Assembly (NCBI RefSeq): GCF_001949145.1
Contig: NW_019091358.1
Location: forward strand, 868,961-932,960
Origin: Acanthaster planci
Lineage: Eukaryota
Direction: 5' to 3'
Length of the DNA: 64,000 bases
In this document: positions 1-12,843 of the stretch, one piece after another
How positions within the stretch are numbered: the first letter of the stretch is position 1
Layout of the letters: the number at the start of each line of letters is the position of its first letter
Notes under the pieces: model-generated
The model's database searches: none
Told to the model about the DNA's origin: nothing
Seen by the model: the letters and a program-made list of their open reading frames with translations, nothing else
Made by a program: the position numbers and the translations under genes

Positions 1-1087
1 GGCGCAAGACTTGGTGGTATGGCTTCACAAAGACAGCATGAGAGCTTGAAAGAGAACAGATGGGTTGATTGGTTGTGGAGTTAATGGGACTTTTACATGA
101 CTAATTGCCGACTACCCCCAAAGAAGCCCCATTATTGATGGCTGTTGCTCTGTCACGCATGCTGCTCATTCAAAACATTTTTTTCAAATGTGCTGACACC
201 AGTCTGCTGGTTACCGAGCATTTCTTTGTAACAGTAGAAAGCTTTTAGCAATGTATGTACATGTATGCTTCCATTTGCATCAATTCTGCAAAGTGGAGAA
301 GTGTGTCTGCCTCTGGGAGGAACTGGCTGTTCAGCTTACGTGACGTGCATCCAACATGTAACATGCGGTACATGTAAATTCAGAGGCGCACAACTGCCCC
401 TAGCCTCCTATTTAATACAGATGCATCCTGGGGAAATAGGTGAAAACAGTCTGCACGTGCACATTGTTCTTACGGGAATTGAGGGTTGATGGGAATATCA
501 CAGTGATTGATGATACATTTTGTCAAATCCCAAGGCAAGTGAGCTTTATGTTGCCATCTTGTTGTCATTCTGGTACCGGTACCTGCCACCCTCCCCCCCC
601 AAGAAGCGTAATTCCTCCCCTCCAGAAATGAATACAATGTTAATGGCTCCCCTAATCGCATTTGTTCAAAATAGCATTCGCAAGCAAATTGCTCCCTGAT
701 GTGAACTCCTGTGGTTCTAGTTAGATTTCAGCATTTGGATTCCTTTTTAGCCATGACATTTTCCTTTTAAGCATATCCTACAATGCTAGTGGAAGTTATG
801 CCATTCATTTTTATTGGCCGTTAAAGTCAGTGTCGGTTTTTGTGTTGGTTTTAACTGAAGCCATTTTGTGGAGACACGTTACCGCAGTGTGCATATTCAC
901 GAGCCTACCGGTACATGCATGGCCTGCAGCCGATACTCAAGAAATGAATTAATTAAAACCTACTCCAAAAAAGGGATAAATTTATAATGAATATCTCACT
1001 ATGACACTGAATTAAGTGATGTTTGCACTATACAATTTGAGTCACGCTTACACTAATGGTGAACTCACTCGTTTCTCACACCCGCAG

Positions 1088-1254
1088 GACCTTTCCAAAC
1101 TGTAAATTTGGAGACAAATGTTTATTCATCCATCCCAACTGCAAGTATGATTCTCGGTGCAGCCGGCCCAACTGTCCCTTCACACATGCAACCAGGAAAC
1201 AAGGCAACCTAGTCCCCATGAGTCCACCAGCGGTTCTCCTGCCTCCCACACAAG
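1088..1254 (+). CDS. ZC3H14: ZC3H14/Nab2-type CCCH zinc-finger poly(A)-binding protein, internal exon (upstream exons lie before the window)
   Basis: Acceptor cgcag|g at 1087/1088 and donor caag|gtaggg at 1254/1255. Encodes TFPNCKFGDKCLFIHPNCKYDSRCSRPNCPFTH, matching the tandem C-x5-C-x4-C-x3-H fingers of ZC3H14. Confidence 0.9.
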
Positions 1255-2225
1255 GTAGGGTGTCAAGACAAGACCAGAGTTTGTAGTGAATTACCAATGA
1301 CCGATTCGGAAAACAGCCATTAACTTTAGTGTGGAAGTTTCAGCCCCCTTTTCCAGAGAATCCATGAATACTTTCTCCGTTTGAAATCCCGTGATTGCAT
1401 CCAGTAATGAAAAGATTTGGCAGATCTGGAGCCTCCTAGAATCAATTCAACCTGGCGTTTGTTATCCCATCCCTGTTTTGAGAGAGTTTTCACACTCACA
1501 TAGTTTGTACAACAAGAAAAATGATGAAGACTGCCTAGGTGGTCCCATCCGGTACACAAGAACCACATTTTTATGATTAATACTTGCTTGATTGTGTCCC
1601 TGTTGTAAAAGGAGGACATTTCAGTTTTTATTTCTAAAATGGTGGTGTTCATTTATCCATGACAACAGGGCTGCAATTGAGGTTCATGTACATGCATTAA
1701 CCGAAATCAGATAAAACTACCTTTTGCTTCCCGATGAAGGCACACTTTATGATTATACACTATTAATGGAACCTTTCCCTATTAAGTTTTTACCTTTCTT
1801 ACATTCTCTGCCAGATAAGGATTATAGAAAGAGGCATTTTTCCTCTTACAGGTACATGTAGCTTGCATTTCACCGTGGCAGGCTAATTCACATGTGTTTT
1901 GTCAGATACAAAATCCTCATGGATGTAGGTAACTTTTGTTCATGCTTAACAACTTAATACTTGTGTAAAAATACATCTGTGCATGTTCATGCAAAATGTG
2001 TAACATTACTGTCTTTCCATGGTTCAGCAGTCGTTGTTCTTCATAACAGAAATATCCAGACAAACCACAGAGGGCTTGATGGACCTAAACATTGAATGTC
2101 CAAGAGGTTTATCTTGTGTAGCCTCTTCAACAAATGTGTTAAACTGAGGTCCTGAACCCAATTTTATGTTGCTGCTTACCAGTTTGCAGAAAAGTCATTC
2201 TTAAGTACATGTAGTTAGAGGGTAT

Positions 2226-3405
2226 GCGGAAACACCATGTGGATTATCTCTTTTGTGAGTATGTGTGGTTCTGAAAAGATCCGGGTCTAGCTAGTCCTTG
2301 TGTAACTGATCAAGTTTCTAATCTTGCTGGGTGCTGTGTGGAATACTCTCATGCCTTATTGCTGGAGGATGCATTGTATGTGATGCGAAGTGTTGCCATT
2401 GTATAGGAGGGTGACAGAACTAGTGTACCTATGAGGTTGACCTAGGGTAGAGGAGGCCCATCGGTCGGGGCGGGACGTTGTTGCCTGGGTCTTGACTTGA
2501 CTTCTCTTGAAATCCTTCCATTGTAGTGCTGTGGAGGTGTGGTGTAACTTGCCCGGCAGGCTGTCCTGGTCACACATGTTGTATGCCCAAGGGACGAGCA
2601 TGATCAACCGAGTTCCTGATCTTGGGAAAATGAAATGGGGGCTTGTACTGGTCTTCCAGGGTTCCATTGGGTCGCCTGGACACCTCCACATCCAAGAAGG
2701 AGGTAGTGCCATCTCTTTCTTGATCCATGGTGAACTGTATGCTGGCACTGAGCCTGTTGAGATGTTCCAGGAAATCACCTAGTTTGTCTTGACCACGAGG
2801 CCATATGATAGACATGTCGTCAACGTATCTGGGCTAAACTCTCAGGTGGAGATCATCAGCTGTGGCAATGGCTGTCTGTTCAAATTGTTCCAAGAAAATG
2901 TCAGCAAGAACCGGGGATATAGGTGATCCCATAGAGGTTCCGGTGGTTTGCTCAAAGAGCTTGTCACGCCACTGGAAGCTGGTGGATGCTGTGCAGGTGA
3001 TGAGTAGGTTTTGGATCTGGGCTGGGAGGAGGTCTGTTTGTTCTTAAATTGATGGGTCTTGATCCAGGTGTTCTCATGTGATCTTGCAGGCATCGGTGGT
3101 AGGGACGTTGGTGAAGCATCAAAACTGACCATGATATCGTCGGGGTTGCAGGGTTAGGTCTTGGACGAATGTGGCAAACTGTTCCAAGTTCTAGATAGGG
3201 CGTTTGGTGTTGCGGAATAGTGGGTGCAGGATCTTAGCAAGGTGCTTGGCGACACTGTAGGTGGGACCTCCACAGGATGCTGCAGTGGGGTTATGGGGAT
3301 GTCCGGCTTGTGGATCTTGAGCTGATGGAAGAAGCGAGGACATCTGGAGCTGGAAACGTTGGGTTGGCAGTACAGGGCTGTAGAAAGGTTCCCAGATTGC
3401 TGTAA
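2226..3405 (-). mobile_element. Decayed Penelope-like retroelement fragment (reverse transcriptase and linker) in a ZC3H14 intron
   Basis: Minus-strand frameshifted motifs in Penelope order: KIHKP, PTYSVAKHLAKIL, MVSFDA, GTSMGSPISPVLADIFLEQFE, RYVDD, HLNRLSASIQFTMDQE..FLDVEV, then the VTLLY..SHHIQCIL linker. No GIY-YIG domain is visible. The terminal ~60 bp resemble 60781-60840. Boundaries are approximate. Confidence 0.8.
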
Positions 3406-3708
3406 AGCAAGTAACTTGATGCTTACTAATTACTAAATGGTGCTAATTCCATTTCATGGTGGTGCTTGGTATGGTTGTGCTAACAGTTGTGTGCACGTAG
3501 AGATTTCCATTGTGATACTACTAAGTCAAGCAAATTTGTCCTCCAAGATCAGCGTGGCTTCTGCCATGATTACATGCACTTGTTACAGTCATCTGTAATG
3601 TGCTTAGCAGCCTCTGTGAAATTGAGCCCAGGTTAGAATCCAGTAAATTTAATGGTCAACTTCAGGAATTTGCCTGATTAGTTTGATTGCGTTCTCTTTC
3701 TCTTGCAG

Positions 3709-3791
3709 TGCATGCGCCCTCTAAGGCATCCAGATTGTGCAAATTTCACCCCAACTGTACAAATGGACAGTGCCCCTTCTTCCACCCCAAG
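3709..3791 (+). CDS. ZC3H14: ZC3H14 internal exon (one CCCH finger)
   Basis: Polypyrimidine tract plus tgcag| at 3708 and donor aag|gtatgt at 3791/3792. The phase-1 join gives (V)HAPSKASRLCKFHPNCTNGQCPFFHPK. Confidence 0.9.
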
Positions 3792-6700
3792 GTATGTGGC
3801 ATGACCCGTTGACTCCAATGATGAAATTGTTTGGAAAATTAGTTCTGTGGACTTTCAATTATGTGCACAGGGCAAAAAAAGGGATTTTTAACATAAGTCT
3901 TTTCCAAATAACATCCTTCACTGCAGTAGGAAATGAAGTTCCATACTTATATAAGAGGTTTTCTTCCAAAAGAAATCCACTGAGCTCATGTACATGTAGG
4001 CTCCACTCCACCAAAAACCACCAGGCATGCTGATGTGCATGGAAGTGTTCCATTTCATATTGATGCAAAGCCAGTTGTGGATCTGAAGGAAGGAGGGGTT
4101 TGGAGTCGGCCCTTCCCTGCTTCCCCCCCATGAATAACTATTTTCGTAAAAAGGAAGAAGGATGACATCCTACTTGTAGCGTACATGTAAACCTATTTGA
4201 GTCCTTGTCCTCCAATTAGCAAAATGCTAGAAAAAAGGGACGCAGCTGACTCAAAGGCTTTGAACTCCGAAATTCAATTTGTTTCTTTTAAATTCTCCCA
4301 AGACCGGCTTCCTGCCGCAATGCTTCCAAAAACACAACTCATTTTCAGCATACAAAAACACGCTGTCTGGAAAAGTGTACATTTTGTGACAACTTAACCC
4401 GGTCCTGGAACCTAGCCAAACCCTTCCTGTGTACCCCAACAAAAGAATTCTATTGAAGTGGTCTATTTATAGTTACCTACTTCAGGAGCACAAAATGAAA
4501 GTAGATGTCTCCTGTATCGATGAATGTTACTGGTGTAGCAAAACTTTTTCATAAGATTTTCATAGCAATGGCAGCACATGAGTCCTTCAAGATCTATTGG
4601 GGAAATTTGTTCCGTAGATATTGACTACTGTTACTGCATGAGGTGTACATGAGGCTTGAAAGTTGAAGCTCAGAGAATATACAGTTTACGCCCTCTTGGA
4701 CGTTTGAAAAATGCACAGTTGTTTTTATGAATGAATTTCAATCAGCAAATTCATTCAGTTCAGTTTTACAGTGATATTTACTATGGTTATTTCTACATGT
4801 TGGCACCCCTTCCCCAGTCTTACTTTGTAGTTTAATCATGTGTGTATGTTGAATGACACCACTTATGCATTGAATATTGACAAAACTCTCGCCTATGGAA
4901 CCTGATCCTGCATCATGTAATGCCTGAACTCCAATCTATGGTATGTAATGAGAGGAGTGAACTGCCCCCCCCCTCAGGCTCCTCCACCTGCCAAATGAGT
5001 GACATCGAATCCCACGAGTGGAAAGAAACAATTAAGTTTCAGTCTGGATTTTTTTCTTCAAAAATGTTTCAGATCAGGTTCTAGCTGGCTAAATCTAAAC
5101 AGTCACCCACATTTTTTTAGTTAAATGCCTACATGTATGTTTGCAATTAAATTGTTTTCAGTGCAGTGCCAAGTACAATTTTGTTCTTGCCGATTCCCTG
5201 GGTTATAGCAGCCATTTGTAAACATTTACCATTTGAGGACCGAGAGCTAGAGCCCAATTCTGAATGATTGTTGTAGATCGTTGGTGCCTGAGGAAAAAAC
5301 TCTATGTATACATTGTATATAAGTGGGGGGGGGGTTGGGGAGAGATTGGATTGACAAAGCCATTTAAGAAAATTCCGGAGTGAGTAAATGTTGACTCATT
5401 TGATTGAAATTCAGGGTAGTGCTTGTTTACCCCTAGTCTGGTGCGTATGTCTCACTAGCAGTTCTCAGCATTGACTAGACAGCCATGCTGCCTTTAAAAA
5501 AAGTAATGACAGTGGACTCTGTAGGTTGGACTGTAAGTAAAATGTTTTTACGATATTGATCTGTCTAAATCTGCCTTGGGTCCAGGCTCTCTGAGGCACT
5601 TTCACAGTGTCTGCAGGGGTGAGGAGGGGAGATGGAGAGATTTATTATGCCCCTCCCCCCTTGTTAACAGTTCTGTATAGTTTGTTGAAAGGTGCCTGGG
5701 CTTTCATGATCTAACATTGTTGCTGGGGTTTTGAGAGGACTTCCTTATGCAAGATCATTCCCAACTAAGACACATCTTATGACTGCTTCCCGCATTGCAT
5801 TTGATGAAAAAAAGCTGCAAGTGTGTGCACCGTAAATTGTGTCATTTTGTTATAAGACGCACGGGCTTACCAAACAGATACGGTCTTATGAAACAGATCA
5901 CGATTTTATGGATTAGGTGTGGTTGTGTCATAAAACACGACTTGGAATTTAACTGTAGACTTAGGTCATGTTCTCACTCGATATTTTTCTCTGTGCCCTC
6001 GTGGAAACTTACCACTAACTTCCGGTCAGTTACACCACTGTGCATTTACTGGCTCAAGTGGCCACGTTATGCGGAGGACATCTCAATTTCTTCCCCACTA
6101 CCAAAGCTGGTTTTACTCACACAGCACCCAATCATGTTTTTCACTGTTCTGATCGAGAAGTCTGCCGTAATAATGAAACAGAAGAAAGGGCCATGTCCAC
6201 AATGCTATATCACCAAAAAAAGAAAAAGATGTGTATTTGAGTGTATCAGTGGGGAACCAGGGAACCATTCTTCACAGGAGGTAGTTTAATGCATTCGTGG
6301 ATGTTGTACGGCACAGTGCTGTTTGATTGGTTCCTACGACCACATCAGCCTGTTACATTAAGTCATAAGGAGCTCGATGTGAAACAGGGACAAACGGGTA
6401 ATTCAGTGAGAACAAAGCTACATTTATATTAAGTGAATGTAACCGGCTCTAAAAAGGATGTGGCGACAAAATTTTTCTTTTTACCCTCACTTTTTTTTTC
6501 TGGAAATAATCTAGGTATAAAGTGTGATGTCCATCGCAACTGCATGCGCATGTAACGCTAAAATAGACTGGCCCCTGCATTTTTTACTGTTTAAAAGCAT
6601 TTTCAGCTTGAACATGTACACAGGACATAAGACCACCTCGTTTGTCTGGTTCCCAGATGTAAATGTACAATACAGAAATGACGTCATCTGAAAAAGAGTG

Positions 6701-7452
6701 CCTGACTAAATGTATGGGGAACTAGGGGGACTCCTTTACTGTATATATTTCTCAAGAGTACCCCATCAAAAACACGTTACAATTACACAGTAGCAGGATT
6801 CTAGTTGATTAAACAATTTTGGCACCTTTTGGACATAGTTTTTATACCAAATAGAAACTTTTTTTATTTTGCTGACTCGCAGGTCTACGGCAATGCCCGC
6901 ATTGACCAGAAACCAGCCAAAAATGTCAACTTTTCAGTTGACTTGATGAGTGGGGTGGGCTTACACTTCTTAAGCCGTGAACTACAAATGATGATAACAA
7001 CAAACCTTTTGTCGGAGTGATTTTAAGGCAAACCTTAAAGCCCAACTTTTCAACGAAGCGTTCGCTGTGTTCTGCTTAAGTTGTAATGTGTATTAATGTT
7101 TTTAATTTCCAATATCTGATTGGTTTTTTAATCAGTGTATATTTTAATGCTTTAAAGCTTCCTCTTTGACAGACTTTAAACAAAAACAGGCGTGAGATGA
7201 AATTAGTCGACCACTGATTTAAGTCGAGACGTGTTAAGCTGGGGTTTTTTTAGGCGACTCAGGGCACTTTCCGCTAATTGCTCCTGACACCAGTCTTGGT
7301 ATAAAACAAGGCCCTCAAGACATGTCTCGAGCTGACGTTCAGCAAAATCTGCCCGTGGTTCTGCTCTGGCCAGGCACTTGGTTGATCACCACTTCACTCC
7401 ATCTCATATCTCACCCTCCGGGGTTTTCCTCTTTTTCTCCCCCAACACTCAG

Positions 7453-7556
7453 ATGTGTCTCTTTGGACGAAGCTGCACTCGTGTCGGCTGTACATTCACC
7501 CATCCCCAAGTTGCGACAGGAGCCGCACTCAAGTGGTCCAAGCAGATGCACATTAG
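7453..7556 (+). CDS. ZC3H14: ZC3H14 exon with the last CCCH finger and ALKW motif
   Basis: Acceptor ctcag| at 7452 and donor ag|gtaag at 7556/7557. The phase-0 join gives MCLFGRSCTRVGCTFTHPQVATGAALKWSKQMHI. ALKW follows the last finger in vertebrate ZC3H14. Confidence 0.88.
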
Positions 7557-9165
7557 GTAAGGCAACGATCCGAACGAGGAACTGTACCGTACTGCATCTC
7601 CCTCCCCCTACGGCTAGACCTCGAAGAACCGTCTTTGTCGAAATTGAAAGCAATCCATCGATTTTAACACTGGCAGCTTTTAAAGAGGCACCTGTCCATG
7701 TTGTAAGTGGGTTGAATAGGGTCACACAAGTAGGTCTCACTACCACCCTTGACATGGCCAGCTTGACACCGACCATCAAAGCTATGAAGTATAAACCATT
7801 AAGTAGTGGACTTCAAAGGGAGGGGGCGTCTCCTTTGTTGTAATTTTGAGGGCGATATTTGTTCTCTGTTTTTCCTATTTGCCATTAAAAGGCAGAAGTT
7901 TCAGCAATAATGAGAAATCATATGCCCGTTTGTGTGTGCTGGTTACCCTTTCATGTTAGGCCCCCCCCCCTTTTATAAAAACTGGGTACCCCTGCACCCT
8001 TTGAATGATTTCTGGATCTGCCACTGCTGTTAAATTTTCCACGGATCTCACTAAGATGCAGCTGAGCAGGGGGCGAAACTGTTACAGGCATCCGGCTCTT
8101 GAACTTTTTTTTTCTATTCGATTCAGAGCCTTTCAGACATGGGAGAGCTGTTCTCGCTGTTGCCCCAAGCCTCACTCAAAGCAATTAGTGATAGGTTCTG
8201 GGAATTAACCCTACACCCCCACAAAAGTCCTAAGAGTGCAATGGCAGTACTCTCGCAAATTGTCTTCAAATCAAATGTAGATGCACGCTGTCTTTCTTGA
8301 CGCACAAAGTGAGTTTGCATGTCAGTTGGGATCGGCAGGGTGAGGCTCATTTGCAACTTCAAGTGAGAATAAGCCTGAAATTTGTCTTGCTCTTGAATCA
8401 GATGAATTTTTATGACAGAGGCTTCATCACCTATAAGTGCCAAAGTGTTGTCGTGCCGTAAACAAATTCTACCAGCAAATTTGCCCCCCCCGTTTTTTAT
8501 AACAAAGTAGAAGGCAGTCAAACATTTGCTCAAGATGTGTGCCATTTGGGGGTTTACAATTGTTCAGTCTTTTCCTTGTGTCTTATAATGAAAACGTTTT
8601 ACCTTTGACAGTGGATTTCTGTTAATAGAATGAGGAACATGTAACTAAATAATCACTACATCCATCGGTGAATCAAGAAATCGAGTAAAACGTACAGACC
8701 TACATCAATGGTGACATAGTTTCCCCTCAGTATCAATTATCGCCTTCTTCTTCCGCTCTCACCTTCCCCTCATAAAAATGTGTTGTATAAACCAGCTCGG
8801 CGAAAAAAAACAGGCAAAGGGATCCCCTTTCAGCTGGGACAATGAAGGAATTTTGCCGTAGTCAAAGAATAAATTTGTATAGATCTGTGTTGTCTACGGT
8901 TAATGGTACGAAGAGACGTCGCGAAAGATGTCGTCCGTAATGCACCCAACCATTATGAACTGTTATCCAGTAAGTTAATGAATTATGTTCGGTTACTGAC
9001 ATTCTGTGTGTAGATTTAACACCTTGGAAACAGCTGTTTAATGTGGCAATTTCAGTGTGACCTTATACACTACACTAATCAAATACGGCATCTTCATGTA
9101 TCAGGGGACGGAATAACTTTTGCGGCAGTACGTTGTACCACGTGCAAGCAGCATTGTGGCGAATT

Positions 9166-9295
9166 TTTCTATTCCCCCTGGATGGGATGCCAGTCCATCG
9201 CAGGTATCTTCCCCAGCTAATGCTGGTACCCATTTCTACTCCTGGGTGGAGAGAGGCAAGCAGGAGTGAAGAGGCTTGCCAAGGGCCACAACATA
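9166..9295 (-). mobile_element. SINE-like fragment
   Basis: ccccctggatgggatgccagtccatcgcagg...ctggtacccatttctactcctgggtggagagaggc...cttgccaagggccacaac resembles, from memory, the reverse complement of a widespread metazoan tRNA-derived SINE body. Family not assigned. Confidence 0.55.
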
Positions 9296-11487
9296 CTGTG
9301 GATCCAGAGGGGGTACAGAAGAGGTCAGGCTGTGGCCTTCTCCTAAGATTAATGTGTGTCTTTTAAGAAAATGGTAAAAAAGTGATTTGTTGAATCATTT
9401 CGATCCCCTATTCCCTAGAGCATGTAAAAGCCCCCTAAATTTAGCTTCACACTTTACGAAGGCCACAAAGTTCTGCATGTTTTTTCCAAATCTTTGCTTG
9501 CAATTTGTTGCCCCCCCCGGAAAATTTATTTGTGTACCCGCCCCCGTATGCCTGTAATGTAACAGCTAAGCTTAGAACCCTAACGGTCCCAAATCCTCCG
9601 ATGTCAATATGATTTTACATACACCCTGGGGGTAAGGCTAGATTTAATATGGATTTTGTGGTTCCGTCCACGTTTTTTTTTAGACCTCCTTCCCTCCAAA
9701 ACAGACAGCGCTGCACAAAATCATGCGTTTGACCTGGAAAAAGAACAATTCGTGCATGAACGTGACAAAAAGAATGGACAGATTATTATTCTCAAAGTAC
9801 TGGCGAAGCCGCGCTCTTTGTCTGTCCCTTGAAACGTGCCACCTGCGTCAAAATGTAACTTGGATTTCGCGAAGACCTTCTGTGGACAAAATCGGATAGT
9901 CACGCATCTGGCATTCTGCGAATAAAAGAAGGAAAGCTGTAACACAAGCCGATCATCAAACATGTCATAAAAATGGGAACATTCAAGTCATGAACGCCTC
10001 CAGCTGCTTTCCAGGGATTTTTTTTACAGTTCGATAAACTATTGCAATGTAAATAATGTGTGACTAGATCTTTCGGAAGGACTCCCGTGCTTAGTCATGA
10101 AACTGTCATATTTGGCCCTCCATTTGACACCATTCAGGTTGACATCTTGATGAAGGACAGATGATTCTTCTCATGGTTTACGTCATGGTTCTGGAGCGCC
10201 AACTGTCCAGGCGACTTCTGACAAATCGATCAGACACCCGTAGTTTGCACGTTTAATTAACCAGTCGCAGAAACATCGTGTCCTGGCCTCTCCTCGACAA
10301 CATTCAGAATCAACCAATGTACGGTAACAGGTTCGTTTAGTGCAGAAGCTGTTACCTCATTGTAAAACGACAGAATGAAAGTCTCCTTGAGTATTGTGCA
10401 AGACCGTTTTTTGTCGTACATGTAGCATGGAGGAAGGACATGGGAGTTTAAACTGCCCGGGGTGTGACTGGTATAACAGCCAGAGCACAGCGCGCCATCT
10501 TTTTCACAACTCCATGAGGCCCACTTGTGATCCTGGTTCGTAATCCGTATCCACCTGTGTTAGTCCGTGTACCGTAAATGTTCATGTGTAGTTATTGCCC
10601 TTCTAGAACGCTTTGTGCGGAGTTGTTTGGGGAATGAATAGCTAGTTGTTCGGTTATTTATAAGATGTTATATGTTATTTGAATCATTTTATGGCGGGAT
10701 TTATACGAAAGTGTAGTTTATGAGATCTCATGATCACTCGTTGAAATGAAATCGCGCATTTTGTTCGTTCTGAACTTAGCTTTGTAGTGGAGGTCAGCAT
10801 GCTGTTGGTCAGTCCTAGCCAAATTCGTACCAAGTCTTTGAAAGCAGATGTTTTGGAGGGACATAAATAAAATAAAAAATATTTGCATGGATAACGGAAC
10901 AGTGGATCAAAATAAAGAGGTTATTCACGATGGCAAAAGTAGGTCCAACATTAGGTATTTTTCTTTCTCTATTTCCTGCTCACAGCAATAAGTTACTGTT
11001 AATAACCAGCAAAACACCACAAGTATCGCCAGGGTATTACTGGTCCCACTTGTCCAACTAAGTTGTAGACGGCAATTGGGATTTTTGGAATGTTTTCTAT
11101 TATTCGTCTGACTCGGCGGCGACAATCATCGGGCACTTTGAAGTGCCAGAGTTGTAACTCCTTCGGTGTCCTTCCTCCCCGGTCCTGGTGCTACCCGTAG
11201 CACCCGCACACGTAGCCTACTTCCGAACTCTTGTGAAGTTCATCATTGATGTGAACACTCATAGTTGATATGCATGTACACAAATGAAGTAGCATGATAG
11301 AGGTGGATTTTGTTTGTTAATTGACCTTAACATCCGGGATACACTGAAGTTGAAAGTCCAAATTCGCGTGAGCAGGTTCTTTAACAGCATTTTTCAATAT
11401 TGTTCCATAAGAGCATTAATTTGCACACTTTATTTCATACATACGAAAGATAAGACAATGACATCACATGGGGATTTCCTTTATTAA

Positions 11488-11547
11488 CCCTAACAGTCCA
11501 AAATCCTCCGATTTCAATATGATTTTATATACACTCTAGGGTTAGGG
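11488..11547. mobile_element. 60-bp piggyBac-like MITE; degenerate second copy at about 9578-9640
   Basis: TTAA|ccctaac...gttaggg|TTAA structure. The internal aaatcctccgat-tcaatatgatttta-atacac sequence is shared with the copy at 9578-9640. Confidence 0.6.
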
Positions 11548-12152
11548 TTAATGACATCAATATCATGCTTTGTCAAGTTCAGGGGCGTATCCAGGAATTT
11601 TTTCGGGGGGGGTCAGGCCCGTCAGATTTTTTTATGTCTGATTGTTGTGGAAAGACGAACGCATGCACTTACTTTTATTTCAGATTGATTTATTGAATCT
11701 AATCTCTTTTATTTTGATTTTTATCTCTCTCCTTAAGTTGTTCCTGTAATGCGCCTTTGATCATTTGTATGAAATTGGAACATTATAAATGTTAAATCAT
11801 TATTTTTATTACACGTTGTAGGACGTCATCTTTGTCATTATTATAACTATATTTCAATTATTAAGTTTTTTGGGGTGTCAGAGAAGGGTGATTTACCCCT
11901 TCACCCCCGCCTCTCGGACCCGCGCCTGAAGTCACTGGTCTTGCCAAAGATACAGTCATACCAGTCTGGAATATACCTCGAACGGGAAGCTGTTGATTTA
12001 ACATTGTACCTGTATATGAGTAATGCCGTGCAGGGCTTTCTTGCTGTGCTTTTATTAGTACCGATCGGATACTTTTCTCGCATTTTTTCGAATGCCTATT
12101 ATTATTTTTGCCTTAAACAATACAAAGGACGTTTAAATGAAATCAAAGGGGG

Positions 12153-12311
12153 CAAGGTGGTCTACAGAGTACGGAAGTGTGACGTCACTGTGAACCAGAA
12201 AGTACAGTGCAAACGAATGGAGTACGCGCGCGTGCTGGTTCACGCGCTGGTTCTCGCGCTCATGCCTTTTACACAGTGACGTATTCACTTCCGTACCCTA
12301 TAGGTCCCTTG
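12153..12311. mobile_element. Palindromic MITE-like element
   Basis: Imperfect inverted arms: caagg..tacagagtacggaagtg..acgtcactgtg versus cacagtgacgt..cacttccgtaccctata..ccttg. Confidence 0.55.
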
Positions 12312-12806
12312 TCTGGGGCTTAATGATTGACCTCGTTATGGCTGCGTGTAACGTAAGCCTTTCCAACGACATTATTTCACCGTCACATTCATAGCTTGTG
12401 CTTGTTTCATGCGGGAAATATTAAGTTATCTGTAAACCTCGTGCACATTACCTCAAGGACAAAGCAACAAAGAGGTCCTCCTTTTGTCCCATACTTAACT
12501 CCATGTTTTCTCTGATTACGTAACCATTGCAAAGAAGATATTTCCCCCCAGCTGTTATTCTTGCAGATGCCCAAGAGAGAATTGATAAACGAAGAACGCA
12601 GAACAAACGGGAAACACCAACATTCTTACATATCCGACAGGATGAAACTTCGACTTGTCCCCGAAACGGCCCTGCTTTACTGGAGATCAAATAATAAATG
12701 GCCCTAGAGCCATTCCCTTCAGATTCTCGTTGGCGTTTGAGGAGTTTGCTAACGGACACCGTGTGATACAAATCTACTGTAATTCACTTCTCTGTTCTCT
12801 TCGCAG

Positions 12807-12843
12807 TGAGAGACCTTTCGTTGCCAAGGAAACATCGAGTTAA
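12807..12843 (+). CDS. ZC3H14: ZC3H14 probable terminal coding exon
   Basis: Strong acceptor ttctctgttctcttcgcag| at 12806. The phase-2 join gives S-ERPFVAKETSS-stop. The exon is short, so it is less certain than the others. Confidence 0.6.

Noticed and set aside
7322..7843. 173-aa ORF overlapping the ZC3H14 exon
   Set aside because: It is in a different frame from the zinc-finger exon, has no recognisable motif and crosses clear splice sites.
11536..11551. TAGGGTTAGGG telomere-like sequence
   Set aside because: Only about two units are present, and they form the terminal inverted repeat of a TTAA-flanked mini-element.
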